Positions 17,943 through 29,949 of a stretch of 64,000 nucleotides of DNA are shown one piece after another. Positions within the stretch are counted from its first letter, which is position 1, and each line of letters begins with the position of its first letter. Source of the DNA: an uncultured Patescibacteria group bacterium (GTDB taxonomy: Bacteria; Patescibacteriota; Patescibacteriia; UBA2591; CALHIP01); the NCBI GenBank assembly GCA_938030745.1, contig CALHIP010000001.1, positions 3,817 through 67,816 on the forward strand, given 5' to 3'. Position numbers and translations under genes: made by a program. The notes beneath the pieces were generated by a model. It was not told where the DNA came from and made no database searches. It saw only the letters and a list, made by a program, of their open reading frames with translations.

Positions 17943-18287
17943 TTAACTCTTTAACTTTTCTGTATATCTACCAAGCCAGGGCATTGTCCAACGCTTACCT
18001 TTTAAACCCATGATCATTCCTTTAATTGAAAAGAGAGTACAAATAACAAAAAGAATGATACCAATAATTTGACCAATGATTGGAATAGCAGAGATTAAAA
18101 CAGCAATAATTTCAGTCACAAAAAGAACAACTCCTTGTTTAGCATGAAAATAAATAAAAGCATTTCTTCTTTTTAAAAAATAAGGAACAAAAGCAAAGAC
18201 CCAGATATAAGCAGGAACCGTCCACAAGCGGGAAGCAAAATTAATTTTTTCTGTTTCTCCCTCTTTGAGGGCCTCTTCTTTCTCCAT
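17943..18287 (-). CDS. Small membrane protein (DUF4870-like)
   Basis: 114 aa with TM helices. YFHAKQGVVLFVTEI is typical of DUF4870. Confidence 0.45.
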   Translation of the reverse strand: MEKEEALKEGETEKINFASRLWTVPAYIWVFAFVPYFLKRRNAFIYFHAKQGVVLFVTEIIAVLISAIPIIGQIIGIILFVICTLFSIKGMIMGLKGKRWTMPWLGRYTEKLKS

Positions 18288-18335
18288 AAAAATAAAATTA
18301 AATCTAATTTATTTATCCAAATTATTCTAGAAGAT

Positions 18336-19967
<1,632 letters not shown>

Positions 19968-19973
19968 TTAAAA

Positions 19974-20267
19974 TTATTCGATGATACCAATAATATCTGA
20001 TTCGTCAATCACTAGATATTCTTCTTTATTAATCTTTATTTCATCAGGTGAATATTTTTTAAAAATCACTTTATCGCCAACTTTAACACTCATTGGAGCT
20101 CGCTGACCATTTTCTAAAAGTTTTCCTGGTCCAACCGCAATAACTTCACCTTTCTCTGGTTTTTCTTTTTCAACTGTATCAGGTAAAACAATACCTGCTT
20201 TTGTTTTCTCATCTTCTCGGATAGGTTTGATAATTACTTTGTCGTTTAATGGTCTAAGTTTAACCAT
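19974..20267 (-). CDS. groS: Co-chaperonin GroES
   Basis: 97 aa. LRPLNDKVIIKP...GIVLPDT...GEVIAVGPG. It lies upstream of groL on the same strand. Confidence 0.9.
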   Translation of the reverse strand: MVKLRPLNDKVIIKPIREDEKTKAGIVLPDTVEKEKPEKGEVIAVGPGKLLENGQRAPMSVKVGDKVIFKKYSPDEIKINKEEYLVIDESDIIGIIE

Positions 20268-20309
20268 ACTTTTTGATTTTATTAATCCTTCAATATTTTA
20301 TTTATAATA

Positions 20310-21626
20310 TTATACCAAAATTTCTTTTTTATTTTTCCACAGAAACCCAACATTTAGCCAAAATAATAATATTCCAAAAGGAAGGGAGAAAAGCCAATGA
20401 TCAAACAAACCAATAATCAAAAGAGGAATAAAGAAGATAGAGCCAACAAGATTAGATTTAAAAAGAGAAGAAAACAAAATTAATAAAAATGAGATTAAAC
20501 CAATAACACCAATTTCTGCTAAAATAAGCAAATAAATATTAGCTACAGGTTGATAATTCCACCAAGCAAGATCTGGATATTTCTCAAAAAGAGCAAAAGT
20601 ATAATTGCCAATTCCAATACCAAAAAGAAAATTTTCTTTAACAATTTTTATCGCCCGATAAAAATTTAAAATTCTCTCATTAATTGATTTTTCTTCTAAT
20701 CTACCTTTTATCTTAATTCTGATCATTAAATCTTTAAAAGAAAAAATAAAGAAAACTAAGATGATAATGACAACTAAACTAAAAAATTTAAAAAATGATA
20801 ATCGGAGATAATTTAAATTTCTTTTAAAAAGAGATAAGCAAGAAAGAATAAAAGTAAAAAATAAAGAAACAAAAGCAGATCGAGAATAGGTTAGAAAAAG
20901 GGTTAATGTCATCAGACCGGTTACTCCTAAAAGAAAATATTTTTGCCAATTTTTTTTAATTAGAAAGTATAAAACAAAAGAAAGAAAGATCAGAAAAACC
21001 AAAAAGCCAGCTAAAATATTTGGATGAGGTAAAGAGCCATAAACTCGAAGCAATCTTCCATCAACTGTTTCAACAACTGAAACACCATTTTTTGAAGGAT
21101 CTTGAGAAGCTATTCCTAACCATTTTGAGGCAAAAACTTTTTGGTTTATAAACTGATAAATCCCTAAAAAACTCTGAATTAGGCCAGCGAAAACAAGAGA
21201 AAAACCAGCTTTAATAAAATCAAACTTAATTTTTTGCAGTAGAAAAAATAAAATTATTCCTTGAAAAATCCTTAACCACCAATAAAAAGCTAATTCCAAT
21301 TTTTTTGCCCAGAAAATGCTTAGAAAAGAGATAATCAAAAAAAACAAGATCAGAAATGATGTTTTCTTCAGCAGTAAAGATTTTTTAATATTGTTGATTG
21401 ATTTACCTTTCTTATAAAGATTAAGACAAAATAAAACTAATAATAAAATAAAAATAATATCTATAGTATACAACGAATATCTCCCCCATTCCAATTTTCC
21501 TTGATTTAAAATTAATCTTGTTTGCCAAGGTAATAGAAAAAGAAAAAAGTAGAAAGTCAACTCAATTATTTTCTCTAATTTTTTCATAAATTTTTTCTCG
21601 ATAGAATTCTCTTTTATCTTTGTCAT
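20310..21626 (-). CDS. Polytopic membrane protein, O-antigen ligase/polymerase (Wzy_C)-like
   Basis: More than 10 predicted TM helices. TYSRSAFVSL resembles the Wzy_C motif. The true start may be an internal Met near 21587. Confidence 0.4.
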   Translation of the reverse strand: MTKIKENSIEKKFMKKLEKIIELTFYFFLFLLPWQTRLILNQGKLEWGRYSLYTIDIIFILLLVLFCLNLYKKGKSINNIKKSLLLKKTSFLILFFLIISFLSIFWAKKLELAFYWWLRIFQGIILFFLLQKIKFDFIKAGFSLVFAGLIQSFLGIYQFINQKVFASKWLGIASQDPSKNGVSVVETVDGRLLRVYGSLPHPNILAGFLVFLIFLSFVLYFLIKKNWQKYFLLGVTGLMTLTLFLTYSRSAFVSLFFTFILSCLSLFKRNLNYLRLSFFKFFSLVVIIILVFFIFSFKDLMIRIKIKGRLEEKSINERILNFYRAIKIVKENFLFGIGIGNYTFALFEKYPDLAWWNYQPVANIYLLILAEIGVIGLISFLLILFSSLFKSNLVGSIFFIPLLIIGLFDHWLFSLPFGILLFWLNVGFLWKNKKEILV

Positions 21627-22521
21627 GGAATTTTAAAATTTGATCACTTATTATCACACTCGTATTTTTATTCGCCATTTCTTTTAAATGTTTTGGCATA
21701 ATTTTTAATTGGAGCCAGCGATAAAATTTTTCTGAAAAGCCATTTAATTTTTTTGAATGAATTTTTTCACAATTTTTTTTAAAAAATCGAAAGATCGGTT
21801 TTAAAATAATCTTTCTTCTTAAAATCGGTTCGCAAGGAAAATAATTTGGTAAATATTTTTTAAGCCATGAATTTGCTTTAATAAATTTTTCCCAAATTCC
21901 ATCATCATAAATTGGATAAAGCCAAGCCAGCCAATAGATAAAATAAATATCAGGTAAACCATTTTTTTCTGGTAACATTATCTTCTCTAAGTTAAGATTC
22001 TCTTCTGTCAGAAAAAAATTAAGACAAATTTTATCTTTTTTATTAGCTATAGTTGGCCTAGCTTTGAAAATCTTTAAAACTAAAATTGATAAAAATCTTA
22101 CTAACCAAATTCGATTTTTTGCTGTAATAATAAATAAGTCAATATCATCCTCATCTTTAGCATTAGAATAAGAGAGTCCATTGGAAACAGCAATTAATCT
22201 AACAAAAGGAAGATGAGCCAAAATTTTAGCAATTTTTAATAATTTTTTATATTTTCTTTCAGCAATTAAATATCTTTTTTTACGAATCTTTACCAAATCA
22301 TCTCGCCATTTTAAAAAATAAAATCCATGTTTTTTATTAATCAATTTTTTTAACTCTTCACTTTTTTCTAAAACTTCTTGAATTTCTCTAAAATCAATAG
22401 TTTTAAGATTAGAAATTGAATATTGAAAATTATATTTGTATATCTCCCAAATGGTTAATGGATAATCAAAAAGGTCAAACCAAATAAGGGTAATTAATAT
22501 TGATCTTTCCAGATTATTCAT
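21562..22521 (-). CDS. Hypothetical protein, possibly nucleotidyltransferase-fold
   Basis: 319 aa. IAVSNGLSYSNAKDEDDIDLFII resembles the G[SG]...D.D motif of pol-beta-type nucleotidyltransferases. Weak evidence. Confidence 0.25.
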   Translation of the reverse strand: MNNLERSILITLIWFDLFDYPLTIWEIYKYNFQYSISNLKTIDFREIQEVLEKSEELKKLINKKHGFYFLKWRDDLVKIRKKRYLIAERKYKKLLKIAKILAHLPFVRLIAVSNGLSYSNAKDEDDIDLFIITAKNRIWLVRFLSILVLKIFKARPTIANKKDKICLNFFLTEENLNLEKIMLPEKNGLPDIYFIYWLAWLYPIYDDGIWEKFIKANSWLKKYLPNYFPCEPILRRKIILKPIFRFFKKNCEKIHSKKLNGFSEKFYRWLQLKIMPKHLKEMANKNTSVIISDQILKFHDKDKREFYREKIYEKIRENN

Positions 22522-22605
22522 TTTTTGTAATTTATGGATTTAAGTTTTTGGTTTATTAATTATATCATAATTTGACATTTCTTGAATCTCTGCTAAAATA
22601 ATAGT

Positions 22606-22827
22606 ATGCAAAAATACATTCAAATTGCTCAATTAATCATTTCTCTTTTATTAATCAGTGTCATTCTTCTTCAAGGTAGAGGAACAGGTCTCTCTCCAGC
22701 TTTTGGTGGTGAAAGTTCTATTTTCCGGACAAGAAGAGGAATTGAAAAAACTCTTTTTATTGTTACTGTTATCTTAGCTATTTTATTTTTAGGATTAGGT
22801 TTAGCAAATATTTTAATTTCTCGATAA
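22606..22827 (+). CDS. secG: Preprotein translocase subunit SecG
   Basis: 73 aa. QIAQLIISLLLISVILLQGRGTGLSPAFGG is the classic SecG motif, with two TM segments. Confidence 0.8.
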   Translation: MQKYIQIAQLIISLLLISVILLQGRGTGLSPAFGGESSIFRTRRGIEKTLFIVTVILAILFLGLGLANILISR

Positions 22828-22837
22828 TTTTTAAAAG

Positions 22838-24607
22838 ATGTTTAATTTTTTTAAAATTTTTTTTATTAAAAAAAGGAAAGAAGCTATTGAGATTATTAAA
22901 AAACATTTAGAATGGGAAAGAAATCTAATTAGAAAATTTTTTTCTCAAAAATTTAAGTTTCCTAATTTAAAGCAATTAAAATATCTTCCCTATCTTCTAA
23001 GCAAAGAAGAAAAAAGAAATATTTTTTTTCTTTTAATTTTATTAATTATTAGTTCAGGAATATTTTTTCTCCGAATTTATCTAAAGTTACCTCTTTTACC
23101 AGCTCCTGGTGGAGAATATAAAGAAGGAATTTTAGGCCAGCCAAAGGTTATTAATCCATTATTTAGTTCTTTAAACAATCCTGATTCCGATTTAACTAAA
23201 TTAATTTTTTCCAGCTTGGTTAAATGGCAAAATGGAAAAATTATCCCTGATTTAGCTGAGAAATGGAAAAAAGATAAAGAAAAAAAAGTTTACACTTTTT
23301 ATTTAAAAAAGAATGTATTCTTCCATGATGGTAAAGAATTAACTGCTGAAGATGTCATCTTTACCATCGAAGCAATCCAAGATAAAAAAATAAATTCACC
23401 CTTAAGAAAAAGTTTAATAAATTTAAAAGTAAAAAAAATAGATAATTATACTGTCCAATTTTTATTAGAAAAACCATTAGCTCATTTTGAAAATTTTCTA
23501 ACATTTGGAATTTTACCAAAACATCTTTGGGAAAAAATACCAAAAGAAAATTTTATTTCTTCTCAGCAAAATCTTTCACCAGTTGGTACTGGACCATTCA
23601 AATTCAAAAAATTATTAAGAGAGGATAAAAAAATTAAAAAGATAATTTTAGAAAGAAATAAAAAATATTATTTAAAACCCCCTTATTTAGAAAAATTAAA
23701 TTTGATTTTTTTTGAGAATTCAGAAGAACTAATTGATGCTTTAAGAACAAAAAAGATAGATGGTTTCGCCTATTTAAGAAAAAATCAGGAGATAGAAAAT
23801 GTTCCTAAAATTATAAATTCTTATCAAATTCCTTCCTCTTACTATACTGCTATTTTCTTAAATCAAAAAAGTGAAATTATTTCTTCAAAAAGAATCAGAG
23901 AAGCTCTTGCCTTAAGTTTAAATAAAGAAGAAATATTAAAGAAGGTAAGTAATGGAAAATCAATTGAAACAGCAATTGTCAATCCTTATTTTATTTTAAG
24001 GAATAGAAAATATGAATATTTACCAGAAAAAGCAAAAAAAATCTTAAAAGAAGAAGGTTGGATTAAAAAAGATGGATTATTAAAAAAGAAAGAGAAAATT
24101 TTAGAAATAAATCTAGTTACCATTAATACTTTACGGCATAAAGAAATTGGAGAAATAATCAAAAAAAACTGGGAAGATTTAGGAATAAAAATTAATTTAG
24201 AAATTTTAGAAAAAGAAAATTTTGAAAAAAGAGTTAAAGAAAAAAAATATGATGCCCTTCTTTATAGTGTGATTGAAGGCTATGATCCTGATCCATTTTC
24301 TTTATGGCATTCAAGCCAAATCGAAGAAGGATTAAATTTTTCATGTTTTAAAGATATAAAACTTGATGCTTTGATAGAAAAAATTAGAATAACTTTAGAT
24401 GAAGAAGAAAAGAAAAAGTACTACTTTCAATTTCAAGAAACAATTTTTAAAGAAATAGGAGCAATTTTCCTTTATCAATTAAATTTTGATTATTTTCAGG
24501 ATAAAAAAATAAAAGGATTTAGTGCTAGTTATCTGCCTTATATTTCTGATCGTTTTGCTAATATTGAAAATTGGTATATCTTTTCAAAAAGAGGGGTTAA
24601 AAAATAA
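22838..24607 (+). CDS. Extracellular solute-binding protein, family 5 (ABC transporter oligopeptide/nickel-type SBP)-like
   Basis: 589 aa. N-terminal TM/signal anchor. Overall pattern of SBP_bac_5 proteins (GGEYKEGILGQPKVINPLF...). Confidence 0.5.
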   Translation: MFNFFKIFFIKKRKEAIEIIKKHLEWERNLIRKFFSQKFKFPNLKQLKYLPYLLSKEEKRNIFFLLILLIISSGIFFLRIYLKLPLLPAPGGEYKEGILGQPKVINPLFSSLNNPDSDLTKLIFSSLVKWQNGKIIPDLAEKWKKDKEKKVYTFYLKKNVFFHDGKELTAEDVIFTIEAIQDKKINSPLRKSLINLKVKKIDNYTVQFLLEKPLAHFENFLTFGILPKHLWEKIPKENFISSQQNLSPVGTGPFKFKKLLREDKKIKKIILERNKKYYLKPPYLEKLNLIFFENSEELIDALRTKKIDGFAYLRKNQEIENVPKIINSYQIPSSYYTAIFLNQKSEIISSKRIREALALSLNKEEILKKVSNGKSIETAIVNPYFILRNRKYEYLPEKAKKILKEEGWIKKDGLLKKKEKILEINLVTINTLRHKEIGEIIKKNWEDLGIKINLEILEKENFEKRVKEKKYDALLYSVIEGYDPDPFSLWHSSQIEEGLNFSCFKDIKLDALIEKIRITLDEEEKKKYYFQFQETIFKEIGAIFLYQLNFDYFQDKKIKGFSASYLPYISDRFANIENWYIFSKRGVKK

Positions 24608-24690
24608 GGGCGAGTGGCGGAACGGTAGACGCACTAGCTTCAGGAGCTAGGGGGAGAAATCCCGTAGAGGTTCAAATCCTCTCTCGCCCA
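24608..24690 (+). tRNA. tRNA-Leu (anticodon CAG)
   Basis: GGGCGAGTGGCGGAACGGTAGACGCACTAGCTTCAGGAGCTAGGGGGAGAAATCCCGTAGAGGTTCAAATCCTCTCTCGCCCA. Long variable arm. Anticodon loop TTCAGGA. Confidence 0.85.
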
Positions 24691-24757
24691 AATAGAAAAT
24701 GTAGCTCTTGACAAAAATTAAAAAAATGATAGACTAAATAAATGTAAAAAGGAGGAA

Positions 24758-25189
24758 ATGATGACTATTTTTTTATCTTGGCCATATTTAATAGTCCTTC
24801 TTATCGAAGTAGGATTGATTGGATTCCTTTTTGGTATAAGCCGAGGAAATGCTCAGAAAAACCACTCTAAAGAGTATAGCCTAGGATATGCATGCGGAGT
24901 TGTAGATGCTTATCTCTCTATACTTCTATCTCCGGACATACCCTACGAAAAATGGAAGTGTTCTCTAATTTCATCAATTTGTCAAATGTGGAAGAAACTA
25001 TTTGAATCACGGAAAGTTCCTAAAGAAGAAGCAGAGAAAACAATTGAAGTTTGGATTAACAACTGGCAGAATTTGATTTACAACCAACAAAAAGAAGGAA
25101 AGCTCTCACCTGAAGAATACAAAGAGGCACTTGGCCGTCTTGAAGGACTTAAAGAAATACTTCTTAAATTGGTAAAAGAAATTTCTTAA
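24758..25189 (+). CDS. Hypothetical membrane-anchored protein
   Basis: 143 aa. N-terminal TM helix. SD sequence AAAGGAGGAAATGATG. Confidence 0.4.
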   Translation: MMTIFLSWPYLIVLLIEVGLIGFLFGISRGNAQKNHSKEYSLGYACGVVDAYLSILLSPDIPYEKWKCSLISSICQMWKKLFESRKVPKEEAEKTIEVWINNWQNLIYNQQKEGKLSPEEYKEALGRLEGLKEILLKLVKEIS

Positions 25190-25201
25190 AACAAGGAAAT
25201 T

Positions 25202-25225
25202 ACTCGGGTCTTTTAAGACCCGAGT
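25202..25225 (+). terminator. Terminator-like hairpin
   Basis: Perfect inverted repeat ACTCGGGTC-TTTTAA-GACCCGAGT, 13 nt after the stop of 24758..25189. Confidence 0.5.
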
Positions 25226-25295
25226 AATTAATCTTTTGAGATTCAATTAAAACTGATTGACTTTTTTTAAAAAATCTATAAAATAAATAAAATTT

Positions 25296-26645
25296 ATGAA
25301 TAAAAAATTATTAAAAAACTTAATTTTTATCTTTCTTATTCTTTTTTTTATTCCTTTGAAGAAAACAACAGCTATTCAGGCTACATTGAAAATTGCCCAT
25401 AATGATGGAATTCAATGTTATTTAAACGGTTATGAATTTATTAATACTTTAAATGAAGGACAAACTGAAAGATATTGGAACAAAGAAATTGATGTTTCAA
25501 ATTATTTAAGAGCTAACCAAAATCTTTTAGCTTGTCGGGTTAGTAATGGTGATGGGAATCCAGGAACTGGAATTGGCTATTTTGATGTTGAATTGGTCAT
25601 TAATTCACAAATAATTATTCAAAGAGGTAGTTCTGGATGGAAATACTTTGGCAGTGCTGGCTCAACAACTCCACCACCTGATGACGCTTTTTCTAGAAAA
25701 TGGTTCGCTGTTGATTACAATGATAGCTCTTGGCCTACTGCTTCTACACCTTTTGATGGACGAAGTGGACCTGTTTTAAAAAGAGCACCTGATGACGCTT
25801 GGTTTAGAAAATTTTTTTCTTTATCATCACAACATTCTTCTGGACAATCTTCTTCTGGTAATTGTTCTTTAATTACTAATCAAACTGAATGTTTAAACCG
25901 AAGTTGTTATTGGATTAATTCTGCTTGTTGGGAAAGTCGAGAAGATTTCTCTAATCAAACTGCTTATCGAATAAAAAATTTGAGCCGAAATGGTTGTTGG
26001 CAGCCAACCATTCATCGTCTTGATCATTATTTAAAGCCATCATTAAATCTTACTGAATTTATTTTTGAATCTCCAAAACCACTTATTACTGGCTTGGTAA
26101 AATATGGCAACCAAATTGAGATTTATGTTAATGATAAACCAATTGGTAAAGCAATAGTTAAAGAAGGTGAATTAACAGGTGTCGCTAATTTTTATTTTAA
26201 ACCAAAAACAAATCTCGTTTCCACTGATGAATATCTTATTCCTCAAAAATTAAAAATTGTCGCCTTTAACCCTTACGATGGAAGTGTTTGTCAAACAAAA
26301 GATCTAATTTTTATTATTAGACCTTATCCAGCACCAATTATTCATCGCTTAGGAGAAATTCCTTATGTGTTTCAGGCTGATCGATTGATTATTAAAACTA
26401 AAAAACCATTAATTACTGGTTTGGTAAAATATGGTTCGGTAGTTGATATTTTTATTGACGAAAAGTTTGTTGGTCGAGCCAATGTTAAAGAAGGTAAAAA
26501 TACTGGAGTAGCTAATTTTTACTTTACTTTGAAAGATCCTTTAACTCCTGGTGAACATCGTCTTTATGCTATAGCTAAAAAAGCTAATCAAGAGGATATT
26601 GTTTCTTTGCCATCACAAGTCTTTTATTTCACTGTGAAAGAATAA
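25296..26645 (+). CDS. Secreted protein with internal tandem repeats (Ig-like/adhesin-like), hypothetical
   Basis: Signal peptide MNKKLLKNLIFIFLILFFIPLKKTTA. Two ~45-aa repeats KPLITGLVKYG...VANFYF. Duplicated DDAF(S/W)RKWF segments. Cys-rich stretch. Confidence 0.5.
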   Translation: MNKKLLKNLIFIFLILFFIPLKKTTAIQATLKIAHNDGIQCYLNGYEFINTLNEGQTERYWNKEIDVSNYLRANQNLLACRVSNGDGNPGTGIGYFDVELVINSQIIIQRGSSGWKYFGSAGSTTPPPDDAFSRKWFAVDYNDSSWPTASTPFDGRSGPVLKRAPDDAWFRKFFSLSSQHSSGQSSSGNCSLITNQTECLNRSCYWINSACWESREDFSNQTAYRIKNLSRNGCWQPTIHRLDHYLKPSLNLTEFIFESPKPLITGLVKYGNQIEIYVNDKPIGKAIVKEGELTGVANFYFKPKTNLVSTDEYLIPQKLKIVAFNPYDGSVCQTKDLIFIIRPYPAPIIHRLGEIPYVFQADRLIIKTKKPLITGLVKYGSVVDIFIDEKFVGRANVKEGKNTGVANFYFTLKDPLTPGEHRLYAIAKKANQEDIVSLPSQVFYFTVKE

Positions 26646-26657
26646 AATTATTTAAAG

Positions 26658-28337
26658 ATGAAAAAAACTCAGTCAAGTTTAAAAATCATTCCTTTAGGTG
26701 GATCAGAAGAAGTTGGTAGAAACTGTACAGTTTTTGAATATGCTAATGAAATTATTGTCTTAGATTTAGGCCTTGATTTTCCAACCGAAGAGACACCAGG
26801 AGTTGATTATATTATTCCTAACATTGATTATCTGAAAAAGAATAAAAATAAAATTAAAGCTATTGTTATTAGTCATGGTCATTTAGATCATATTGGTGCT
26901 ATCCCTTATCTTATTTCAGAAATTGATTTTCCACCAATTTATGGTTTACCATTAACCATTGGTTTAATTCGTGAAAGACTAGAAGAGTTTGGTTTAGAAA
27001 AAAAAGTTAAATTAAAAACAATTAATCTTGATTCAACTTTAAAATTTAAAAATTTTTCTCTTTCTTTTTTTCATGTCAATCATAATATTCCTGACTCAGT
27101 AGGTGTTGTTTTTAAAACACCGGTTGGTTCTCTTGTTCATACCGGTGATTTTAAAATTGATTTAACACCAACTGACCAAAAGCCAATCGATTTAGAAAAA
27201 ATTAAAAAAATAGGTGAAGAGGGAGTCCTGGTTCTTTTTTCTGATAGTACTAATGCTACTGAGCCTGGTTCTACTCTTTCGGAAAAGAAAGTAGCGGAAA
27301 TGATTGATCAATTATTTTCTCAAATTAAAGGTCGGATTATCTTTACCACCTTTTCTACTTTAATCAGCCGAATTCAAGAGGTTATCAAATCAGCAGAAAA
27401 ATATCATCGTCGGGTAGCTATCGTTGGTTTAGCGATGGAAAAAACAATTCGTGTTGCTTTAAACCTTGGATATTTAAAAGTCAAACCGGAAACTATTATT
27501 TGGCCACAAAAAATAAAAAAAATTTCAGATGAAAAAATAGTTATTTTAGCTTCCGGATCACAAGGCATTGAATCATCAGCATTAGCAAGAATCTCATCTG
27601 GTAAGCATCAATTAGTCAAAATTAAAAAAGGTGATACAGTTATCTTTTCATCATCACCAATTCCTGGTAATGAAAGGGCTGTTCATAATTTAATGAATCT
27701 TTTAGTTGATCAAGGAGCGAAAGTTATTTACGAACCACTATTTGGTATTCATGCTTCAGGTCATGCTAGTCAGGAAGATTTAAAAATGATCATTTCTTTA
27801 ATTAAACCTCGTTATTTTGTTCCTGCTTATGGCGAACATTATATGTTTGCTGCTCATGCTGAATTGGCAAAAGAAGTTGGTATACCCCAAGAAAATATTT
27901 TTATTTTGAATAATGGTGATTGCTTAGAAATTGATAAAAATAAAAATGCTAAAATAATTAAGAATAAGGTTAAAAGTGAGGCAATTTTAGTTGATGGATT
28001 AGGTATTGGTGATGTCAAACATGTTGTTTTAAGAGATCGCAAAACATTGGCTGAGGCTGGAATTTTTGTTATCATTTTATTGGCGGACAGAAAGAGAAGA
28101 AATGTTAATAATTTAGAAATTATTTCGCGTGGTTTTGTCTTTCTAAAAGAATCAGAAAAGTTGATTAATGAAACGAAAAAGAAAATCAAAAAAATTGCTC
28201 AGAAATATCTTAAAACAAAGGCAAAAATCATTGACTGGGAACCGTTGAAAACTAAACTTCGTAATCAAATTAGTGATTATCTTTTTAGTAAAACAGGCCG
28301 TCGACCAATGGTTTTGCCATTAATTATTGAAATTTAA
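26658..28337 (+). CDS. rnj: Ribonuclease J
   Basis: 559 aa. IIPLGGSEEVGRNCTVFEY...ISHGHLDHIGAIPYL. This is the beta-lactamase/beta-CASP RNase J architecture. Confidence 0.85.
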   Translation: MKKTQSSLKIIPLGGSEEVGRNCTVFEYANEIIVLDLGLDFPTEETPGVDYIIPNIDYLKKNKNKIKAIVISHGHLDHIGAIPYLISEIDFPPIYGLPLTIGLIRERLEEFGLEKKVKLKTINLDSTLKFKNFSLSFFHVNHNIPDSVGVVFKTPVGSLVHTGDFKIDLTPTDQKPIDLEKIKKIGEEGVLVLFSDSTNATEPGSTLSEKKVAEMIDQLFSQIKGRIIFTTFSTLISRIQEVIKSAEKYHRRVAIVGLAMEKTIRVALNLGYLKVKPETIIWPQKIKKISDEKIVILASGSQGIESSALARISSGKHQLVKIKKGDTVIFSSSPIPGNERAVHNLMNLLVDQGAKVIYEPLFGIHASGHASQEDLKMIISLIKPRYFVPAYGEHYMFAAHAELAKEVGIPQENIFILNNGDCLEIDKNKNAKIIKNKVKSEAILVDGLGIGDVKHVVLRDRKTLAEAGIFVIILLADRKRRNVNNLEIISRGFVFLKESEKLINETKKKIKKIAQKYLKTKAKIIDWEPLKTKLRNQISDYLFSKTGRRPMVLPLIIEI

Positions 28338-28342
28338 ATTTT

Positions 28343-29323
28343 ATGAAGCGTGTTTTCTCTGGAATGCGACCAAGTGGCCAACTCCATATTGGCAATTATC
28401 TTGGCGCACTAAAAAATTGGGTTGAATTACAAAAAAAATATGATTGTTTCTTTTGTATTGTTGATTATCATGCTATTACTACACCATTTAAACCAGCTGA
28501 GATGAAAAGAAATATTTTAGAATTAGCAAAAAGTTATTTAGCAAGTGGTATTGATCCAAAAAAATCAGTTATTTTTATTCAATCTGATGTCTCAGAGCAT
28601 GCAGAATTAACCTGGATTTTAAATACCATCACTCCAATTGGTGAATTAAAAAGAATGACCCAATTCAAGGAGAAATCAAAGCAATATCCTGGATATATCA
28701 ATATTGCTCTTTTAGACTATCCAGTTTTAATGGCTGCTGATATTTTACTTTATAAAGCAGAGATTGTTCCTGTTGGTGAAGATCAGCTTCAACATCTAGA
28801 ATTAACACGAACTATTGCTCGTCGTTTTAATAAAATTTTTGGTCAAACTTTCCCTGAACCAAAAGCAATTTTAACAAAAGCACCACGAGTTATGAGTTTA
28901 ACTGATCCAACAAAAAAAATGAGCAAAACTGACGGTGAAGGTATTGCTTTAATTGATTCAAAAGAAACAATTTGGAAAAAACTTTCAACAGCTGTAACTG
29001 ATCCAGCAAGAATCAAAAGGACTGATCCTGGCGAGCCAAAAAAATGTAATATTTATACTTTACATCAAAGTTTCTCTTCAAAAGAAGAATTAGATTATGT
29101 TGCTGATGGATGCCGGAAGGCAAAAATTGGTTGTTTGGAATGTAAAAAAATATTAGCTGAGAATATCGCTAAAGAATTAGCGCCGTTTAGAAAAAAATAT
29201 ACTGAATTGTCAAAAAATGAAGATTTAGTTTATAAAATCTTAGTTGATGGTGCAAAACGAGCTAAAAAAATTGCTTCCCAAACTTTAATTGAAGTAAAAA
29301 GAAAAATTGGTTTGTTAATTTAA
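28343..29323 (+). CDS. trpS: Tryptophanyl-tRNA synthetase
   Basis: Class I motifs: SGMRPSGQLHIGNYLGAL (HIGH-like) and KMSKT. 326 aa. Confidence 0.9.
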   Translation: MKRVFSGMRPSGQLHIGNYLGALKNWVELQKKYDCFFCIVDYHAITTPFKPAEMKRNILELAKSYLASGIDPKKSVIFIQSDVSEHAELTWILNTITPIGELKRMTQFKEKSKQYPGYINIALLDYPVLMAADILLYKAEIVPVGEDQLQHLELTRTIARRFNKIFGQTFPEPKAILTKAPRVMSLTDPTKKMSKTDGEGIALIDSKETIWKKLSTAVTDPARIKRTDPGEPKKCNIYTLHQSFSSKEELDYVADGCRKAKIGCLECKKILAENIAKELAPFRKKYTELSKNEDLVYKILVDGAKRAKKIASQTLIEVKRKIGLLI

Positions 29324-29433
29324 TCTTTGCCAAAATTTGAGGAGGAAGGAAATTATAAAAAGTAAATGATGAACTATTGTTTAACTAGATTGGTTTGATT
29401 GTTCACTAACAAATTTGTAAAGATGTTTAAAAA

Positions 29434-29466
29434 AAGGATCGCAATTTTTAACGATCCTTTTTTACC
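29434..29466 (+). terminator. Rho-independent terminator
   Basis: AAAAAGGATCG-CAATTTTTAA-CGATCCTTTTTT hairpin plus T-run, downstream of trpS. Confidence 0.6.
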
Positions 29467-29538
29467 AACAATGAGAAAAGAATCTCTTATTTTAAAAATT
29501 TGAAAATTGTGATATAATTTAATATAATTTTCTTAAGA

Positions 29539-29949
29539 ATGGAAAATAAGTTATTCAAAAATATGAAAAGAACAAAAAAAATCAAATTGTCTCTCAAAAG
29601 AAAAAATCCGATAGGAAAACATGTAATTGCCGATTTTTGGTTTGGAAAGATAATAGAAGATAAAGAAGAATTGAAGGAGCTTTTAATTGAAGCAGCAAAA
29701 AAAGCAGCTAATACTCCACTTAAAATTTCAATTTATAAATTTAATCCTTATGGACTCACCGCAGTTTTACTATTGAAAGAAAGTCATATTGCTTTTCATT
29801 CTTGGCCAGAATTTAATTATTTAGCAATTGATATTTTTACTTGTGGAAAAAAATCTTTTCCTGAAAAAGCTCTTAATTATTTAAGGAAAAAGTTAAAGCC
29901 AAAAAAAATTAAAATTTTAAAAGTGGAAAGAGGAATCTATGGAAGATGA
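29539..29949 (+). CDS. speH: S-adenosylmethionine decarboxylase proenzyme (pyruvoyl-dependent, SpeH-type)
   Basis: 136 aa. LKESHIAFHSWPEFNYLAIDIFTCG has the E-S self-cleavage site and the HxWPE...D.FTCG signature. Confidence 0.75.
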   Translation: MENKLFKNMKRTKKIKLSLKRKNPIGKHVIADFWFGKIIEDKEELKELLIEAAKKAANTPLKISIYKFNPYGLTAVLLLKESHIAFHSWPEFNYLAIDIFTCGKKSFPEKALNYLRKKLKPKKIKILKVERGIYGR

